Assembly (NCBI GenBank): GCA_963793265.1
Contig: CAWBZI010000001.1
Span: 352,001-416,000, forward strand
Reading direction: 5' to 3'
DNA from: an uncultured cyanobacterium
Lineage (GTDB): Bacteria; Cyanobacteriota; Cyanobacteriia; Phormidesmidales; Phormidesmidaceae
DNA length: 64,000 bases
This document shows, in pieces, positions 1 through 10,110 of the stretch (the first letter of the stretch is position 1; each line of letters opens with the position of its first letter). Below the pieces are notes generated by a model. The model ran no database searches, had not been told where the DNA came from, and worked only from the letters and a program-made list of their open reading frames with translations. The position numbers and the translations under genes were made by a program.

Positions 1-12
1 TCTACCTCAGCA

Positions 13-3000
13 ATGAGTGCGATGGCGCACGGCAATTCGGCATTGGTGCATTTAATTAAAGGGATCAGCCCAACCCACGTTGCGGTTAATAGCGGCTCGT
101 GGTTTGATCCGAATACCTGGCAGGGTAAGAGAGTGCCGAGTGATCGCGCCCGAGTGCTAATAGGCGAAGGCTTAACGGTGACCTATGACGGTGAAAGCGA
201 CCAGCGAATTGATACGGTCGCAATTGAGGGGCACTTGAAGTTTGCGACAGCCCAAAGCACGAAGCTGATAGTTGAGACTATGCTGAATGGGCCGAGCGGC
301 GTTTTGACAATTGGATCGCGATCGCAGCCAGTCATCTCCAATGAAACAGCTCAGATTGTATTTACGAGTGATCGCGCAGTCGGTGCGAACAAATCTTGGG
401 ATCCCAAGCAGCTCACGAAGGGGCTAGTAAGCCATGGCAAAGTTAATATCTACGGAACAGATAAGCTAGATGCGGTTGCTTTAGTCGGCGATGCTTTGGC
501 GGGCGATCGCACTCTCACCTTGAGCCAACGCCCCAAAGGCTGGCGCGTTGGCGACCAGATTGTTTTGGGCGGTACTCAGCGGTCAAAAAGCGGGACTCAT
601 GCCGACAACTCGCTTTTTCAAGACGAAGTGCTCACCATTACCAGCATTCGTGGCAACAAAGTCAGCTTTATCAACAAAGATATTGCTGGCGAAAGCAACA
701 ATGTTCTTAGGTATGACCACAAACGCCCAGACATAGCAGAAAAAGAGAGTCTGAGCCTATACGTTGCCAACACCACTCGCAACATCAGCTTTGCCACAGA
801 AGGCGGCAATCGGGTGCCTATTCAGCACAGAGCGCACGTTATGTTCATGCATAACGCCGATGTGCAAGTACACAATGCGGGCTTTTACAATCTGGGCCGA
901 ACCGATAAGTCAAAGCTAATCGATGATGTAGGCTCAAACGTAGACGGCTCGACCAGCAACGGCACCAATCCTAGAGGCCGCTACGCCCTTCACTTCCACC
1001 GCAACGGTGCAAATGACTTGAGCAGCACCGCCGCCGTTGCTAAAGGAAATGCGGTTGTTGGTAGCCCTGGCTGGGGAATTGTTCATCATGACAGCCACTT
1101 AAACGTTCGAGAGAATGTTGTTTTTGACGTAGCGGGGGCAGGTATTGCCGCAGAGTCAGGTAATGAAATTGGTATCTGGGAGAAAAATACCGTCATCAAA
1201 ACGACCGGTGCACCCACCTCGTTTGGACTACAGCATCCCTATCGCCGTCCGCTTTTTGACTTTGGTGTAGATGGTGATGCCTACTGGGTACAGGGAGCCG
1301 CTCAGGTTCGGATGCGAGATAATGTGGCTATTAGCTCAAATAAAACGGGGCTGACGTTATTTGGAGAGTCTTTAGATGGTGAGTTTTTTAAAGACGTAGA
1401 TACTATTGCAATTAGCAGCCTACCACCCAACATACAAAGACTATTTCCTGCCGATCAAACTGAGGTGGATGTAAATGACATTCCACTGCGAGAGCTGACA
1501 GGCTTTGAGAGCTACAACACCGAAACCGGGATGAACTTTTGGGCCCATATGACAAACCCGGATGCGACCGGTGAGTTTTTGGGTGGTGGCAGCGCGCGTA
1601 AAGGCGCTCATGACGGTCAGTCAAACGTTGAAGACTTCAAGCTGTGGGGAAACTACAGAGGGCTGCACGTTATTTACAGCGGTAATCTCAATTTTGAGAA
1701 CGGCCTGATTGTTAGCCATCGGCCAGACATACAGTCGGGCGTTGGCATTAAGCAAAATGGTGCGACGGTCAAGAGCCAGTACAACAACATCAATATTCAA
1801 GGGTTTGACCAGGGTATACACGTTGTATCACCTGCTGCTAAACGAGACATTGATCGTTCAGTAGCCACTATCAAAAACAGTCGATTTTCTAACAACAGAT
1901 ACCACTTAGCCAAAGTAGGACACAATCGGTCAGATGATTTTGATCGCTTTATGAAGCTAGAGAACAACAGCTTTGAAACAGACGGTCGCAACCAGGCTCC
2001 AGCGGCTCGGTTTGCCGCTCAGCCGATTGGTGGACTGGCAGTAGCCCTCTCTGGCGGTGAGTCTTCAGATGCCGATCCGATTGAGGGCCAGGTGGCGTAT
2101 CCGCTTGAAAGCAAGGGAATTGCAGCCTATGGTTGGGATTTTGACAGCGACGGGGTAATAGATAGCTTTGGTCGCCAGACGAAGCACTATTTTGAGCAGG
2201 CGGGCCAGCAAAACGTGACGCTTACCGTTTGGGATAATCAGGGCAAATCATCTACGCTGACCCAAACGATCGACGTGCAGCCGATGCCGTATGAAAATGC
2301 ATTCGTAAATGGAGACTTCAGCGTAAAAGCGCCGTCGTTTACGAGTCGGGGTGACGCGGAAGGCTGGGCAACTGAAGGCCGAGTAGCTCAGGGCGCGCTA
2401 AAGCTATCGTCGCCGGGCAAGTGGCATTCTTTTGCCAAGCAACAGGTTGATGATGAGCGGATGCGGCGAGGAAATCAAACGCTAAGCTTTGATCTAAAGA
2501 ACATTCAGGGCGCTGAGACAAACAATCCAAATCACTTCAATGAGGTAAGCGTTTTACTGTGGGGAATTAACGGTGAATTCGCAGATAATGTTCGCAGAAA
2601 AGACGGCATAGAACAGATTGGAACGCTGCCGCTAGAGAGCAATTTGCTTTTTAGAAGAGACTTTGGCGGGAAGTCGGGGGCGTTTTTTGACTGGAGAAGC
2701 TTTAGCGCTGAGGTTGATTTAAAGGAGGGTTACGACACTTTACTTTTCAAGGTAATGTCGCATAAAGCCTTTGGTGAAAACGATGTGGTTGCGATCGACA
2801 ATGTGTCTTTGGTGGATAGTGTGTCCTTGGTGGATAGTGTGTCTTTGGTGGATAGTGTGTCTTCGGTAAGTCGCGATCGCCTTGATAGCAATGGTACAAC
2901 TTCCTCACAGCCCATTGCCGCGCTGTCTTTTGATCGCGGCATCGGCAAAACGGCTGTAGATGACTCTGGCTTTAACAATGCCGGTAAGCTCTATGGCAAT

Positions 3001-3609
3001 GCGGCTCGGGTAGAGCACGAAGCGGGATATGCCGTTACGTTTGATGGGGAAGGCGATGGCATCACGCTCAACAGCTCAGCAGACATCAATCTAGGCATTC
3101 ACACTCAGCGAACGGTATCACTGTGGTTCAACCCCGGCGATCTCTCAGATCCGACTGCAAAAAACGCTGATCCGCAGGTACTCTACGAAGAAGGCGGTGC
3201 TGCTCGTGGCCTCAATGTGTATATCGATAAAGATAGGCTTTATGTCGGCGGCTGGAACCAACCTGCCAGTGAGAGTGCATGGGAAGGCACCTGGCTAAGC
3301 ACCGATCAGCTTGAGGCAAATAGCTGGCAGCATGTTGCTCTGGTGCTTGAGGGTGACACCACAACTCGCGAGAATGCTTTTAGCGCTTACTTCAACGGTC
3401 AACTGTTTGCAGCGGGCGAGGGGTCGCAGCTATGGGGGCACCCAGGAGGTATAGGCTTGGGAAGCATCCACAACACAACGCGCTTTCATGGCGATCGCGT
3501 GGCCAGAAGTGGTCATGAACTGACGGGCGCACTAGATGAGGTGAAAATCTTTAACGATGCGCTGAGTGCTAGTGAGATACAAACGTTGGCAACAGCGTTT
3601 TCACTTTAG
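13..3609 (+). CDS. Large extracellular-type protein: G8 domain, parallel beta-helix, PKD domain, C-terminal LamG-like domain (may begin upstream of window)
   Basis: G8-like SGSWFDPNTW..GKRVP..VLI; GRYALHFH beta-helix signature; PKD-like YGWDFDSDG...VTLTVWDNQG; LamG-like WQHVALV...GALDEVKIFNDALS. Frame is open back to base 1. Confidence 0.8.
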   Translation: MSAMAHGNSALVHLIKGISPTHVAVNSGSWFDPNTWQGKRVPSDRARVLIGEGLTVTYDGESDQRIDTVAIEGHLKFATAQSTKLIVETMLNGPSGVLTIGSRSQPVISNETAQIVFTSDRAVGANKSWDPKQLTKGLVSHGKVNIYGTDKLDAVALVGDALAGDRTLTLSQRPKGWRVGDQIVLGGTQRSKSGTHADNSLFQDEVLTITSIRGNKVSFINKDIAGESNNVLRYDHKRPDIAEKESLSLYVANTTRNISFATEGGNRVPIQHRAHVMFMHNADVQVHNAGFYNLGRTDKSKLIDDVGSNVDGSTSNGTNPRGRYALHFHRNGANDLSSTAAVAKGNAVVGSPGWGIVHHDSHLNVRENVVFDVAGAGIAAESGNEIGIWEKNTVIKTTGAPTSFGLQHPYRRPLFDFGVDGDAYWVQGAAQVRMRDNVAISSNKTGLTLFGESLDGEFFKDVDTIAISSLPPNIQRLFPADQTEVDVNDIPLRELTGFESYNTETGMNFWAHMTNPDATGEFLGGGSARKGAHDGQSNVEDFKLWGNYRGLHVIYSGNLNFENGLIVSHRPDIQSGVGIKQNGATVKSQYNNINIQGFDQGIHVVSPAAKRDIDRSVATIKNSRFSNNRYHLAKVGHNRSDDFDRFMKLENNSFETDGRNQAPAARFAAQPIGGLAVALSGGESSDADPIEGQVAYPLESKGIAAYGWDFDSDGVIDSFGRQTKHYFEQAGQQNVTLTVWDNQGKSSTLTQTIDVQPMPYENAFVNGDFSVKAPSFTSRGDAEGWATEGRVAQGALKLSSPGKWHSFAKQQVDDERMRRGNQTLSFDLKNIQGAETNNPNHFNEVSVLLWGINGEFADNVRRKDGIEQIGTLPLESNLLFRRDFGGKSGAFFDWRSFSAEVDLKEGYDTLLFKVMSHKAFGENDVVAIDNVSLVDSVSLVDSVSLVDSVSSVSRDRLDSNGTTSSQPIAALSFDRGIGKTAVDDSGFNNAGKLYGNAARVEHEAGYAVTFDGEGDGITLNSSADINLGIHTQRTVSLWFNPGDLSDPTAKNADPQVLYEEGGAARGLNVYIDKDRLYVGGWNQPASESAWEGTWLSTDQLEANSWQHVALVLEGDTTTRENAFSAYFNGQLFAAGEGSQLWGHPGGIGLGSIHNTTRFHGDRVARSGHELTGALDEVKIFNDALSASEIQTLATAFSL
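2803..2867 (+). repeat. 18-bp in-frame tandem repeat (GTGTCYTTGGTGGATAGT x3.6) encoding VSLVDS
   Basis: Units at 2803, 2821, 2839 and partial at 2857. Confidence 0.9.
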
Positions 3610-3631
3610 CGCCAAAAGTCATCGGGCGTTG

Positions 3632-4738
3632 TCAGAAGTCATTTACTGAAAGTTGCTTTTTTGAAAGCCGCTCAGCTTTGTTGATCATTTCATCAACAAA
3701 GTCGCTGGCGAGCATCTGTGTAAACCTCTCTGCGCCCGCTTCGATCATATGATCTTTGTTAAACCTTTGATCTACATCATAGAGCCATTTAAAGCGGTTA
3801 GGGTCTTTGTAAGTCAGTACCGTATCAACAATATTGAGCTGTTGGGCGATCGTGTAGGGTTTGTCTAAAACGGTATCGCACGCCTCTATATAGACAGGCG
3901 AGGCCCCGGCTGCTTGGACTATTTCATTAATGCGCTCTAAGAGTTTTACCTTGTGAGGACTCAAAAGGGGCTGACCCGTTTCCGGGTCTATCTCAGGTTC
4001 CCATGTTCTAAGCGCGGCTACGCTCTGCATATAGCTTGGGATGCTTTGCAAAAAGAGGGCTCGGGCCGCTTGGAGTTCGGCATCGTAGGGCGGGGCAATG
4101 GCTGAATAGCCCTGGGTTTTGATCAGTTTGGAGCGATCGCGCTGAACCAAGTCGCTCGGTACCATAACGTCTGCAAGCCGACCTAGATTGAGCTGATTGT
4201 AAAAGCAGGATAGTAAATGGGGCCGTAGCAGCACGACTTTCTTATGCCATCTTCGGTTGGCTCCAAGCACATATTCAGCGGCCCTACGAGTATTTTTCAA
4301 GCTGTGCCAATACACCGAACGGGGCGTTTTAACGCCAGCTTTTAGCTCACCGTCGTACAGGTCATAGTTAATAAAAACCCATCTCAGGTTCTTAGGCGGA
4401 TTGGCGAGCACCCTTTCTAAGAACAGTTCACCTTCAATATCGAACATAGCAGGGATGCCGAAGTTGTAGCTGGTTGTAGAGAGATTTGAGGAATGGGCGA
4501 TCGCATCAAACTGCTGAGGATCGATATGATTATAGGTTTGACTAGAGCCAAAGAACAACACATTATAATTGTCTTTACGCGCCTGGTAGTATTCGTATTT
4601 AGCGCTAATAAAGTCAATATTTGAGGGCAGTTTTGTATTGGGAATGAGCTGACCTAAAAGAACAACAGCGATTAAAAAAGAAAGCAGCGCCATCAGGCCA
4701 TACTTAACCTGCGAATAGAAAGAGATTTGCTTGCTCAT
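3632..4738 (-). CDS. Membrane-anchored SGNH/DltD-like protein
   Basis: N-terminal TM helix, LFFGSSQT, YNFGIP and C-terminal KDH motifs; ATG 4738 preferred over 4798. Confidence 0.6.
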   Translation of the reverse strand: MSKQISFYSQVKYGLMALLSFLIAVVLLGQLIPNTKLPSNIDFISAKYEYYQARKDNYNVLFFGSSQTYNHIDPQQFDAIAHSSNLSTTSYNFGIPAMFDIEGELFLERVLANPPKNLRWVFINYDLYDGELKAGVKTPRSVYWHSLKNTRRAAEYVLGANRRWHKKVVLLRPHLLSCFYNQLNLGRLADVMVPSDLVQRDRSKLIKTQGYSAIAPPYDAELQAARALFLQSIPSYMQSVAALRTWEPEIDPETGQPLLSPHKVKLLERINEIVQAAGASPVYIEACDTVLDKPYTIAQQLNIVDTVLTYKDPNRFKWLYDVDQRFNKDHMIEAGAERFTQMLASDFVDEMINKAERLSKKQLSVNDF

Positions 4739-4893
4739 GAGCCTGTAGACTGCTTGTTTTAGACAAATGTAGCTACCCCCTTCCACATAATCGCACATGA
4801 CAGATAAATAGCTGTATCTTCATATTGCCGTTGTAGCGACAAACAGCCGTATATATCTCATTTATCGGCTAACTCGTGAATTGACTTCAAGCT

Positions 4894-4921
4894 CATCCTT
4901 TGGACGTATGTCCAAAGGATG
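4894..4921. promoter_or_regulatory. Perfect 12-bp inverted repeat between divergent genes
   Basis: CATCCTTTGGAC-gtat-GTCCAAAGGATG. Confidence 0.5.
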
Positions 4922-5074
4922 CTATCTCCATAAATTACAGCATTGTAATCTAAACGCTCTCAATCACTATTTTTTCGCTACTAAGATAAAAGAAATGAAT
5001 CTTTGTTTTGTTGAAAAAACAAGTTTCATTCCTACCTATTGTTCAACAACCTAATACAAGGTCAAAAATAGTTT

Positions 5075-5671
5075 ATGCGTTTCCCCAACCCCCTTAAGCC
5101 CTTCAACAAAATTGCCGGTATAGCGGCTGCGTTGATGATTTTGCCAGTCGCCATAGCCTGCGATAGCACCACTACCGAGACGGTAGATCCGGCGGCTGAT
5201 ACAGTGACTGAAGTGCCCGCAGCCACCGAGCCAGTCGCCACTGGCGAGACAATCGTCGATGTGGCCGCTAGCAACGGTTCGTTCGATACTTTAGTCGCTG
5301 CCATCCAAGCGGCTGGCTTAGCAGAAACCCTCAGTGGTGAAGGCCCCTACACTGTTTTTGCACCGACAGACGAGGCTTTTGCAGCTCTCCCTGAAGGCAC
5401 CTTGGAGCAGCTACTCCTGCCTGAAAACCAAGAAGCCCTCACGCAGATATTGACCTACCACGTGGTTGCTGGCGAAGTGCCTTCTAGCGATGTCACAACT
5501 GGCATGGTGCCTACTGTTGAAGGCGATGACCTAGATGTTGTTGCCGATGCAGGCAGCGTTACGGTTAACGGTGCAAATGTTACTCAGCCTGACATAGCAG
5601 CTAGCAACGGTGTCATCCACGTTATTGATACTGTGCTGGTGCCGTCTTCTGTTGATATTGCCGCACTCTAA
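5075..5671 (+). CDS. Fasciclin (FAS1) domain lipoprotein
   Basis: Lipobox-like [22 protein letters not shown] and [11 protein letters not shown] motifs. Confidence 0.93.
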   Translation: MRFPNPLKPFNKIAGIAAALMILPVAIACDSTTTETVDPAADTVTEVPAATEPVATGETIVDVAASNGSFDTLVAAIQAAGLAETLSGEGPYTVFAPTDEAFAALPEGTLEQLLLPENQEALTQILTYHVVAGEVPSSDVTTGMVPTVEGDDLDVVADAGSVTVNGANVTQPDIAASNGVIHVIDTVLVPSSVDIAAL

Positions 5672-5689
5672 TACCGTGCTTTAACAGAA

Positions 5690-5721
5690 AAGCCCATTGT
5701 CTTTCAGCAGATGATGGGCTT
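5690..5721 (+). terminator. Stem-loop after the fasciclin gene
   Basis: AAGCCCATTGTCT...AGATGATGGGCTT (G:U pairs). Confidence 0.55.
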
Positions 5722-5796
5722 GGAGCTTTGCCACTTCCCGTATCCCTTTGCTATACAATACAAGGCATTCATCAGGCAAAATACTATGGGATAGTA

Positions 5797-6423
5797 ATGG
5801 CCACTATCAACTTCAACACCTCTAATACGACCTTCCGTCAGCTACTAGGCAACGGTCTTACTTATCGTTTACTGACTTCCGAGCAAGAGAGAATATATAA
5901 CGATATTGCGCGTAATATCTCTAACAATGTGTACACAGATCACTCTCAAGTAGAGGAAGCACTGCGCAGCCTTTATCCTGACGACGGACTGTTTAAAGGA
6001 GCATTTGCCGAAAAAGAGCTAAAAACTACTAGCAGCCGAAATAAAAAAGTCGTTCGCTATCTGCTGTTTGAGATTGAGAAGCAGCGTTCTGGGAAAAAGT
6101 TTGATGCTGAGAGTGCAACCTACAATCTGGAGCATATTCTACCGGAGAATCCTTCTGAAGCGTGGAACTATATTGACGAAGCTAAGCAAAATCGCCTGAT
6201 CTACCGATTGGGTAATATGACGCCGCTCGAAACTAAGCTGGATTGGAATATTGGCAATGCCAGCTATGCCGATAAAAGGGCGGTGTTTGAGAGCAGTGAT
6301 TTTCAGATCACGCGGGCGATCACAGAGCACTACGATATTTGGGACGAACAGAAGATAGAGAGCAGACAAAAGCAGCTTGCGAATATTGCTGCTGGAATCT
6401 GGCGAATTGATTTTGGTAAGTGA
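5797..6423 (+). pseudogene. Internally deleted DUF262/DUF1524 (GmrSD-like) nuclease
   Basis: DUF262-like start ([15 protein letters not shown]) joined directly to an HNH-like DUF1524 C-terminus ([16 protein letters not shown]); the QR..W and DGQQR core is absent. Confidence 0.7.
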
Positions 6424-6543
6424 AGCAAAAGTCAACTTAATTGTGTGAACATAGCTGCTTCAGCAGTACGTGTTGAAACAAAACAATACCCGCAAAGACT
6501 GTAAGCCTAGCGAGGATCGTAAAATCAATGATTTACTTATCGA

Positions 6544-6591
6544 AGCTGGTGATCCGACTCGAACGGACGACCGGCTGATCACAAATCAGTT
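6544..6591 (-). tRNA. tRNA-Thr(UGU) 3' fragment (truncated, att-site-like, not a functional tRNA)
   Basis: Minus strand AACTGATTTGTGATCAGCCGGTCGTCCGTTCGAGTCGGATCACCAGCT has the anticodon arm (TGT), T arm (GTTCGAG) and 3' acceptor strand. No D arm or 5' acceptor strand precedes it. Confidence 0.8.
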
Positions 6592-6658
6592 AGTCTAGTT
6601 CCCGAAAACCCTTACGGCATATGGGTTTAGAGAGGTGCAAGTTTTTGATTTTTAGTCC

Positions 6659-6680
6659 GTACCCCAATCTGTACCCCAAT
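6659..6680. repeat. Direct repeat GTACCCCAAT x2 (integrase arm-type-site-like)
   Basis: Copies at 6659-6668 and 6671-6680, about 70 bp from the tRNA fragment; AAACCC...GGGTTT dyad in between. Confidence 0.6.
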
Positions 6681-7190
6681 AATGAATCTTGATAGTCCTG
6701 TGCGCTCAGCTGCTCTACATCTTTGTATGCTTTCTCTAAGCAATGTTGGGCTGTATAGTTCAAACGTGGTTGCTTAGGTGGACTCGTAGAAGATCAGCAG
6801 CGAGAAGCTTTCGACACCCCGCTTGATAAGCAATGTAAGAGCAAGTTGGCCGAAGCAGATACACAGGAACTAAAATCTTTAATGCAGCTCTACCGTCGCG
6901 GTATACTTCACGGAGCAAAGACTTCTCAAGTCGCTGTTCAGCGCAGCTTTGTGGCTCCTTTAAATGTACGTGAGCCAATTATCTGTAGAAGTATATAGTG
7001 CAGTTGAGTAAAGCAGCGACATGTCCTCGAAAGCCTGCCAGTGAAAGAGTGGAATGGCAATCACCATGCCTCGATAAATGCCCTGCAGTTCCTCAACGAC
7101 ATAGAAATTAAGGGTGTTTGCTTTCCCAGCAGCCTGTCGCGCGTACTCTACGAGAAGGCAAAGCCTACGAATCGCGTTACCCGCTTCTCT
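6680..7190 (-). pseudogene. Possible heavily degraded tyrosine recombinase
   Basis: Fragments in shifting frames (GKANTL..ELQ..DMSLLYSTALYT; LLRPTC..YQAG; ATTFELYS) loosely follow integrase motif order; catalytic residues are not intact. Confidence 0.3.
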
Positions 7191-8800
7191 TAACACCGAA
7201 TGTTCAACACTTCTCGCAATCGCATCTGGTCGTCACCTTTGATTTTGAAGCGACCTCTTTCTACGTCTCGAATCCAACTCTGGCTTTTACCTAGTCGCTC
7301 GGCTAGGGCTCGCTGACTCAGTTTTTGCTGCTGGCGCGCAGCATTAATCTCATGTCCCGAAAGTTCTTGCTTCTCCTTTGCTACGGCCCAGCGTTTAGAC
7401 TTCTGACGACTTTTTTTCGGCTTGCGCCGCCGAACATTTCCCTGCCATTCATCGGAGAGTTCAAAGCCCAAAATACGCGCATTGAGCAGGCGCTGCCACT
7501 TATCTCTGGGGGCACTATCGGTAAGGCCGTTGTCTCGGGTGGCATCTTCAATCCAAAAATCAAGCGCATCATCAACATCATCAGGAATTTCGGTTACTTT
7601 AAACCAAAACGGCTGAATATCGGCGGGATAGGTGACGGGATCAAACAGTGGTTTGAGTCCGTAGTGATAGAGCGTTTCGAGATCGCTCTCGAATGTTTTG
7701 AGCAGCCGTTTATGAGCGCCTCGCACGGTTCTCGCTTGTTGCAGCCGAGCTTTCCCATAAGCAATTTCCAGGAGCGTGCTCACTTTCAAGCGCTGGTCGC
7801 CTCCAAGCCTAAGCTTAAACAAATTCCATAACAACAACCGAATGGCTCCCTCATGTTGTTGCCAGTTATTCATGACTTCTTTGATCAGCGATTGGGGTAG
7901 GACACCGTACTGATAAAAGGCCGTTTGGGCGCGATATTCATGCTTGTTGAGAAAGTGCTTGGCCCACAGACCCGATTGAATAGTGAAGCCTAGACCAATT
8001 AGATGTTGAGTCCCTTGAGCGCCTTCGTCAAAGTAGTATTGCGTGTCGAGTAGCTGCCAAACAGGATGTTCGTCTAAGCTAAACGCATTGACTTTTCCCT
8101 GTCTGGGCCAGTCCAGAGAAACCAGGATTTGGCAGGATTGGTAAACCAGATTTTTGATCAGCGTAAGCTTCTCTAATTTGCTTAGGTCTTTGCGCTTATC
8201 GAGCCCTAAATATTTTTCAATGTGCTGATCGTTAATTACAAAAGATTGTTGCCAGGGGTGCTCAAGGGTCATCGCATGCGCTGCAAAGATGAGATGAACG
8301 CAGGCGGCGCGAATATCGAACTGGGCGATCGCCTTACTTGCCTGATCTACCGGCATGGGGACATCCTCATCGGCTTCAGGATCTGCTGCTAATCGAAACC
8401 GTATTTCACCTCTATTGCGATTTACAGACCGTCGATAACAGAGCTGACCGTCAGCATCAGGTTGCCAGGGTAGCGCTTCTCGCTGGGACAGAACGTTACA
8501 GGTCTCCCACATCACCATGCAAGAGGCAAAAGGGGAGGTTTTTTGATTGATGAAGATACTAGGAATGGCGACCGGTAGCAGCGTGCTTTTACAGCGACCT
8601 TTTTTGGGCTGTAGGGGCACCAGTGCATCGACCTCACAAGTCTGTATGCACAGGGGTACTGCTAGATCTGGGCAACCATCGCACAGCGTCGGATCGATCC
8701 AGTAAGTACCTTGCTTTTCGTCAGGCTTAATAGCTCCATTGGGGCATTGAGCCTGACAAACATTGCAGGAAATACAGTTATCCTTAACGGTGTAAGTCAT
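7190..8800 (-). CDS. cnfR: CnfR/PatB nif transcriptional activator (copy A)
   Basis: N-terminal 2x[4Fe-4S] motif (CISCNVCQAQCP..CDGC..CIQTC) and C-terminal XRE HTH (SQRALAERLGKSQSWIRDVE). Confidence 0.9.
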   Translation of the reverse strand: MTYTVKDNCISCNVCQAQCPNGAIKPDEKQGTYWIDPTLCDGCPDLAVPLCIQTCEVDALVPLQPKKGRCKSTLLPVAIPSIFINQKTSPFASCMVMWETCNVLSQREALPWQPDADGQLCYRRSVNRNRGEIRFRLAADPEADEDVPMPVDQASKAIAQFDIRAACVHLIFAAHAMTLEHPWQQSFVINDQHIEKYLGLDKRKDLSKLEKLTLIKNLVYQSCQILVSLDWPRQGKVNAFSLDEHPVWQLLDTQYYFDEGAQGTQHLIGLGFTIQSGLWAKHFLNKHEYRAQTAFYQYGVLPQSLIKEVMNNWQQHEGAIRLLLWNLFKLRLGGDQRLKVSTLLEIAYGKARLQQARTVRGAHKRLLKTFESDLETLYHYGLKPLFDPVTYPADIQPFWFKVTEIPDDVDDALDFWIEDATRDNGLTDSAPRDKWQRLLNARILGFELSDEWQGNVRRRKPKKSRQKSKRWAVAKEKQELSGHEINAARQQQKLSQRALAERLGKSQSWIRDVERGRFKIKGDDQMRLREVLNIRC

Positions 8801-9166
8801 GGTGGAAGTAGCCTGCTAATAAACAAAGCAGGTAGGTGGTGTTCTCTTTGGCATTCTCCTCAAACTCTCTTTAAAACTTTTCTCTACGCCGCAAGTTTCT
8901 CTAAATTCGCAACACATAGTGCTCTAACTTTATGTGCGCTAACTTTACTAATTGAAGCAGTTGATTTAATTGACTTTTCAAATTCTAGGCTATTAAGATT
9001 AGCCGCTTGTTCTCGGCTAGATTCACTTATGTACCTTGAAACATAAAAGAACCTACTTGAACCTACTATGTTATAAACTGATGAAAAAGAAAGAGATTAG
9101 ACGGAAAGAGATTAGACAGATTTCTTCTTGCTTTTGCATTTGTCTATTCATTCTCACTTGTTGATA

Positions 9167-9229
9167 TAGGTATAACAACTCAGCATTTTCTATTCTATCT
9201 AATTCGATACAGTTTAATATTTTCTTTAT
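9167..9229 (-). promoter_or_regulatory. Conserved cnfR promoter element, copy A (degenerate NtcA-type layout)
   Basis: Same blocks and spacing as 12916-12978; minus strand GTA-N8-GAT-N22-TATACC. Confidence 0.65.
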
Positions 9230-9300
9230 CAATAGTTCAAAGCCTGTTTGAAGCGATTTGAATGTATTAAGATATGAAAGATAGTAGGCCGCTAAAAGAT

Positions 9301-9324
9301 TCTGAGAATTCTAGAATTCTCAGA
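9301..9324. promoter_or_regulatory. Perfect 24-bp palindrome upstream of the cupin gene
   Basis: TCTGAGAATTCTAGAATTCTCAGA. Confidence 0.5.
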
Positions 9325-9407
9325 GATAAGAGAGTAGATCAATAGGCAAATTATCTATCGTTTGGATTAGCTAATTCTTGTTTAACTAACGTTTTTGTGA
9401 ATTAGAA

Positions 9408-10082
9408 GTGGGTAAAGATTGGATCGTTATAGAAGAAGGGGAATGCCAGCCGTGCGTTACGTCTAAAGAGTGGAGCCTGCTCGAAACGCCTTATCACTTC
9501 TATCGCTTTTTAACAGAGGTAGAAGACGTGTTAAAAGTAGCTAAGACTGCGCGGCAGTGTGAGTGCTTGCCTGCATTGCGTCGTCTAGTTCGAAAGCTTT
9601 TAGTCAATGCCTATTGGTTGCGATCCTTCTCAGAAGGCTCTCAGCCATCACAACCCTCAAACTTTAACTTTCCATCTACACTGTCTGTCGAACGGTCTTT
9701 TGGGCAGTCTCAAGAAACTAATTTCATCAACCTTTATGATGAAATTGGCTATCCTTTAACTGTCCAAATGGAAATGCATTTGCCTGGTGAAGTCTCTCCT
9801 ATTCACTCTCACGGCACCTGGGGGATTATTGCGATACTTCAGGGACGGGAAAAGAACACTTTGTGGAAAAGACAACCCGCATTAGCATTGCCTGATAAAA
9901 TTGTCTGTGTCGGTGAGAAAGTTTTGAAGTACGGAGATATTATTAGCTTTGTGCCTGCCGCTATTCACAGCATAGAATCAGTTGGCGCAGACCCATTGGT
10001 TACGCTTAACCTCTACGGAGAGACGGAGCGAAAGCAGCGGTTTGAGTTTAATCCTATGACGCATCAAGCCAAGCGCTACTAG
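9408..10082 (+). CDS. Cupin, cysteine-dioxygenase-like
   Basis: SPIHSHGTWG...GREKN...AIHSI...TLNLYG (three-His cupin site). Confidence 0.8.
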   Translation: MGKDWIVIEEGECQPCVTSKEWSLLETPYHFYRFLTEVEDVLKVAKTARQCECLPALRRLVRKLLVNAYWLRSFSEGSQPSQPSNFNFPSTLSVERSFGQSQETNFINLYDEIGYPLTVQMEMHLPGEVSPIHSHGTWGIIAILQGREKNTLWKRQPALALPDKIVCVGEKVLKYGDIISFVPAAIHSIESVGADPLVTLNLYGETERKQRFEFNPMTHQAKRY

Positions 10083-10110
10083 ATGGACGTAGAGATTTTA
10101 TAGGAGATTC

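Noticed and set aside
6544..6591. Functional tRNA-Thr gene
   Set aside because: No D arm or 5' acceptor strand; kept only as an att-like fragment.
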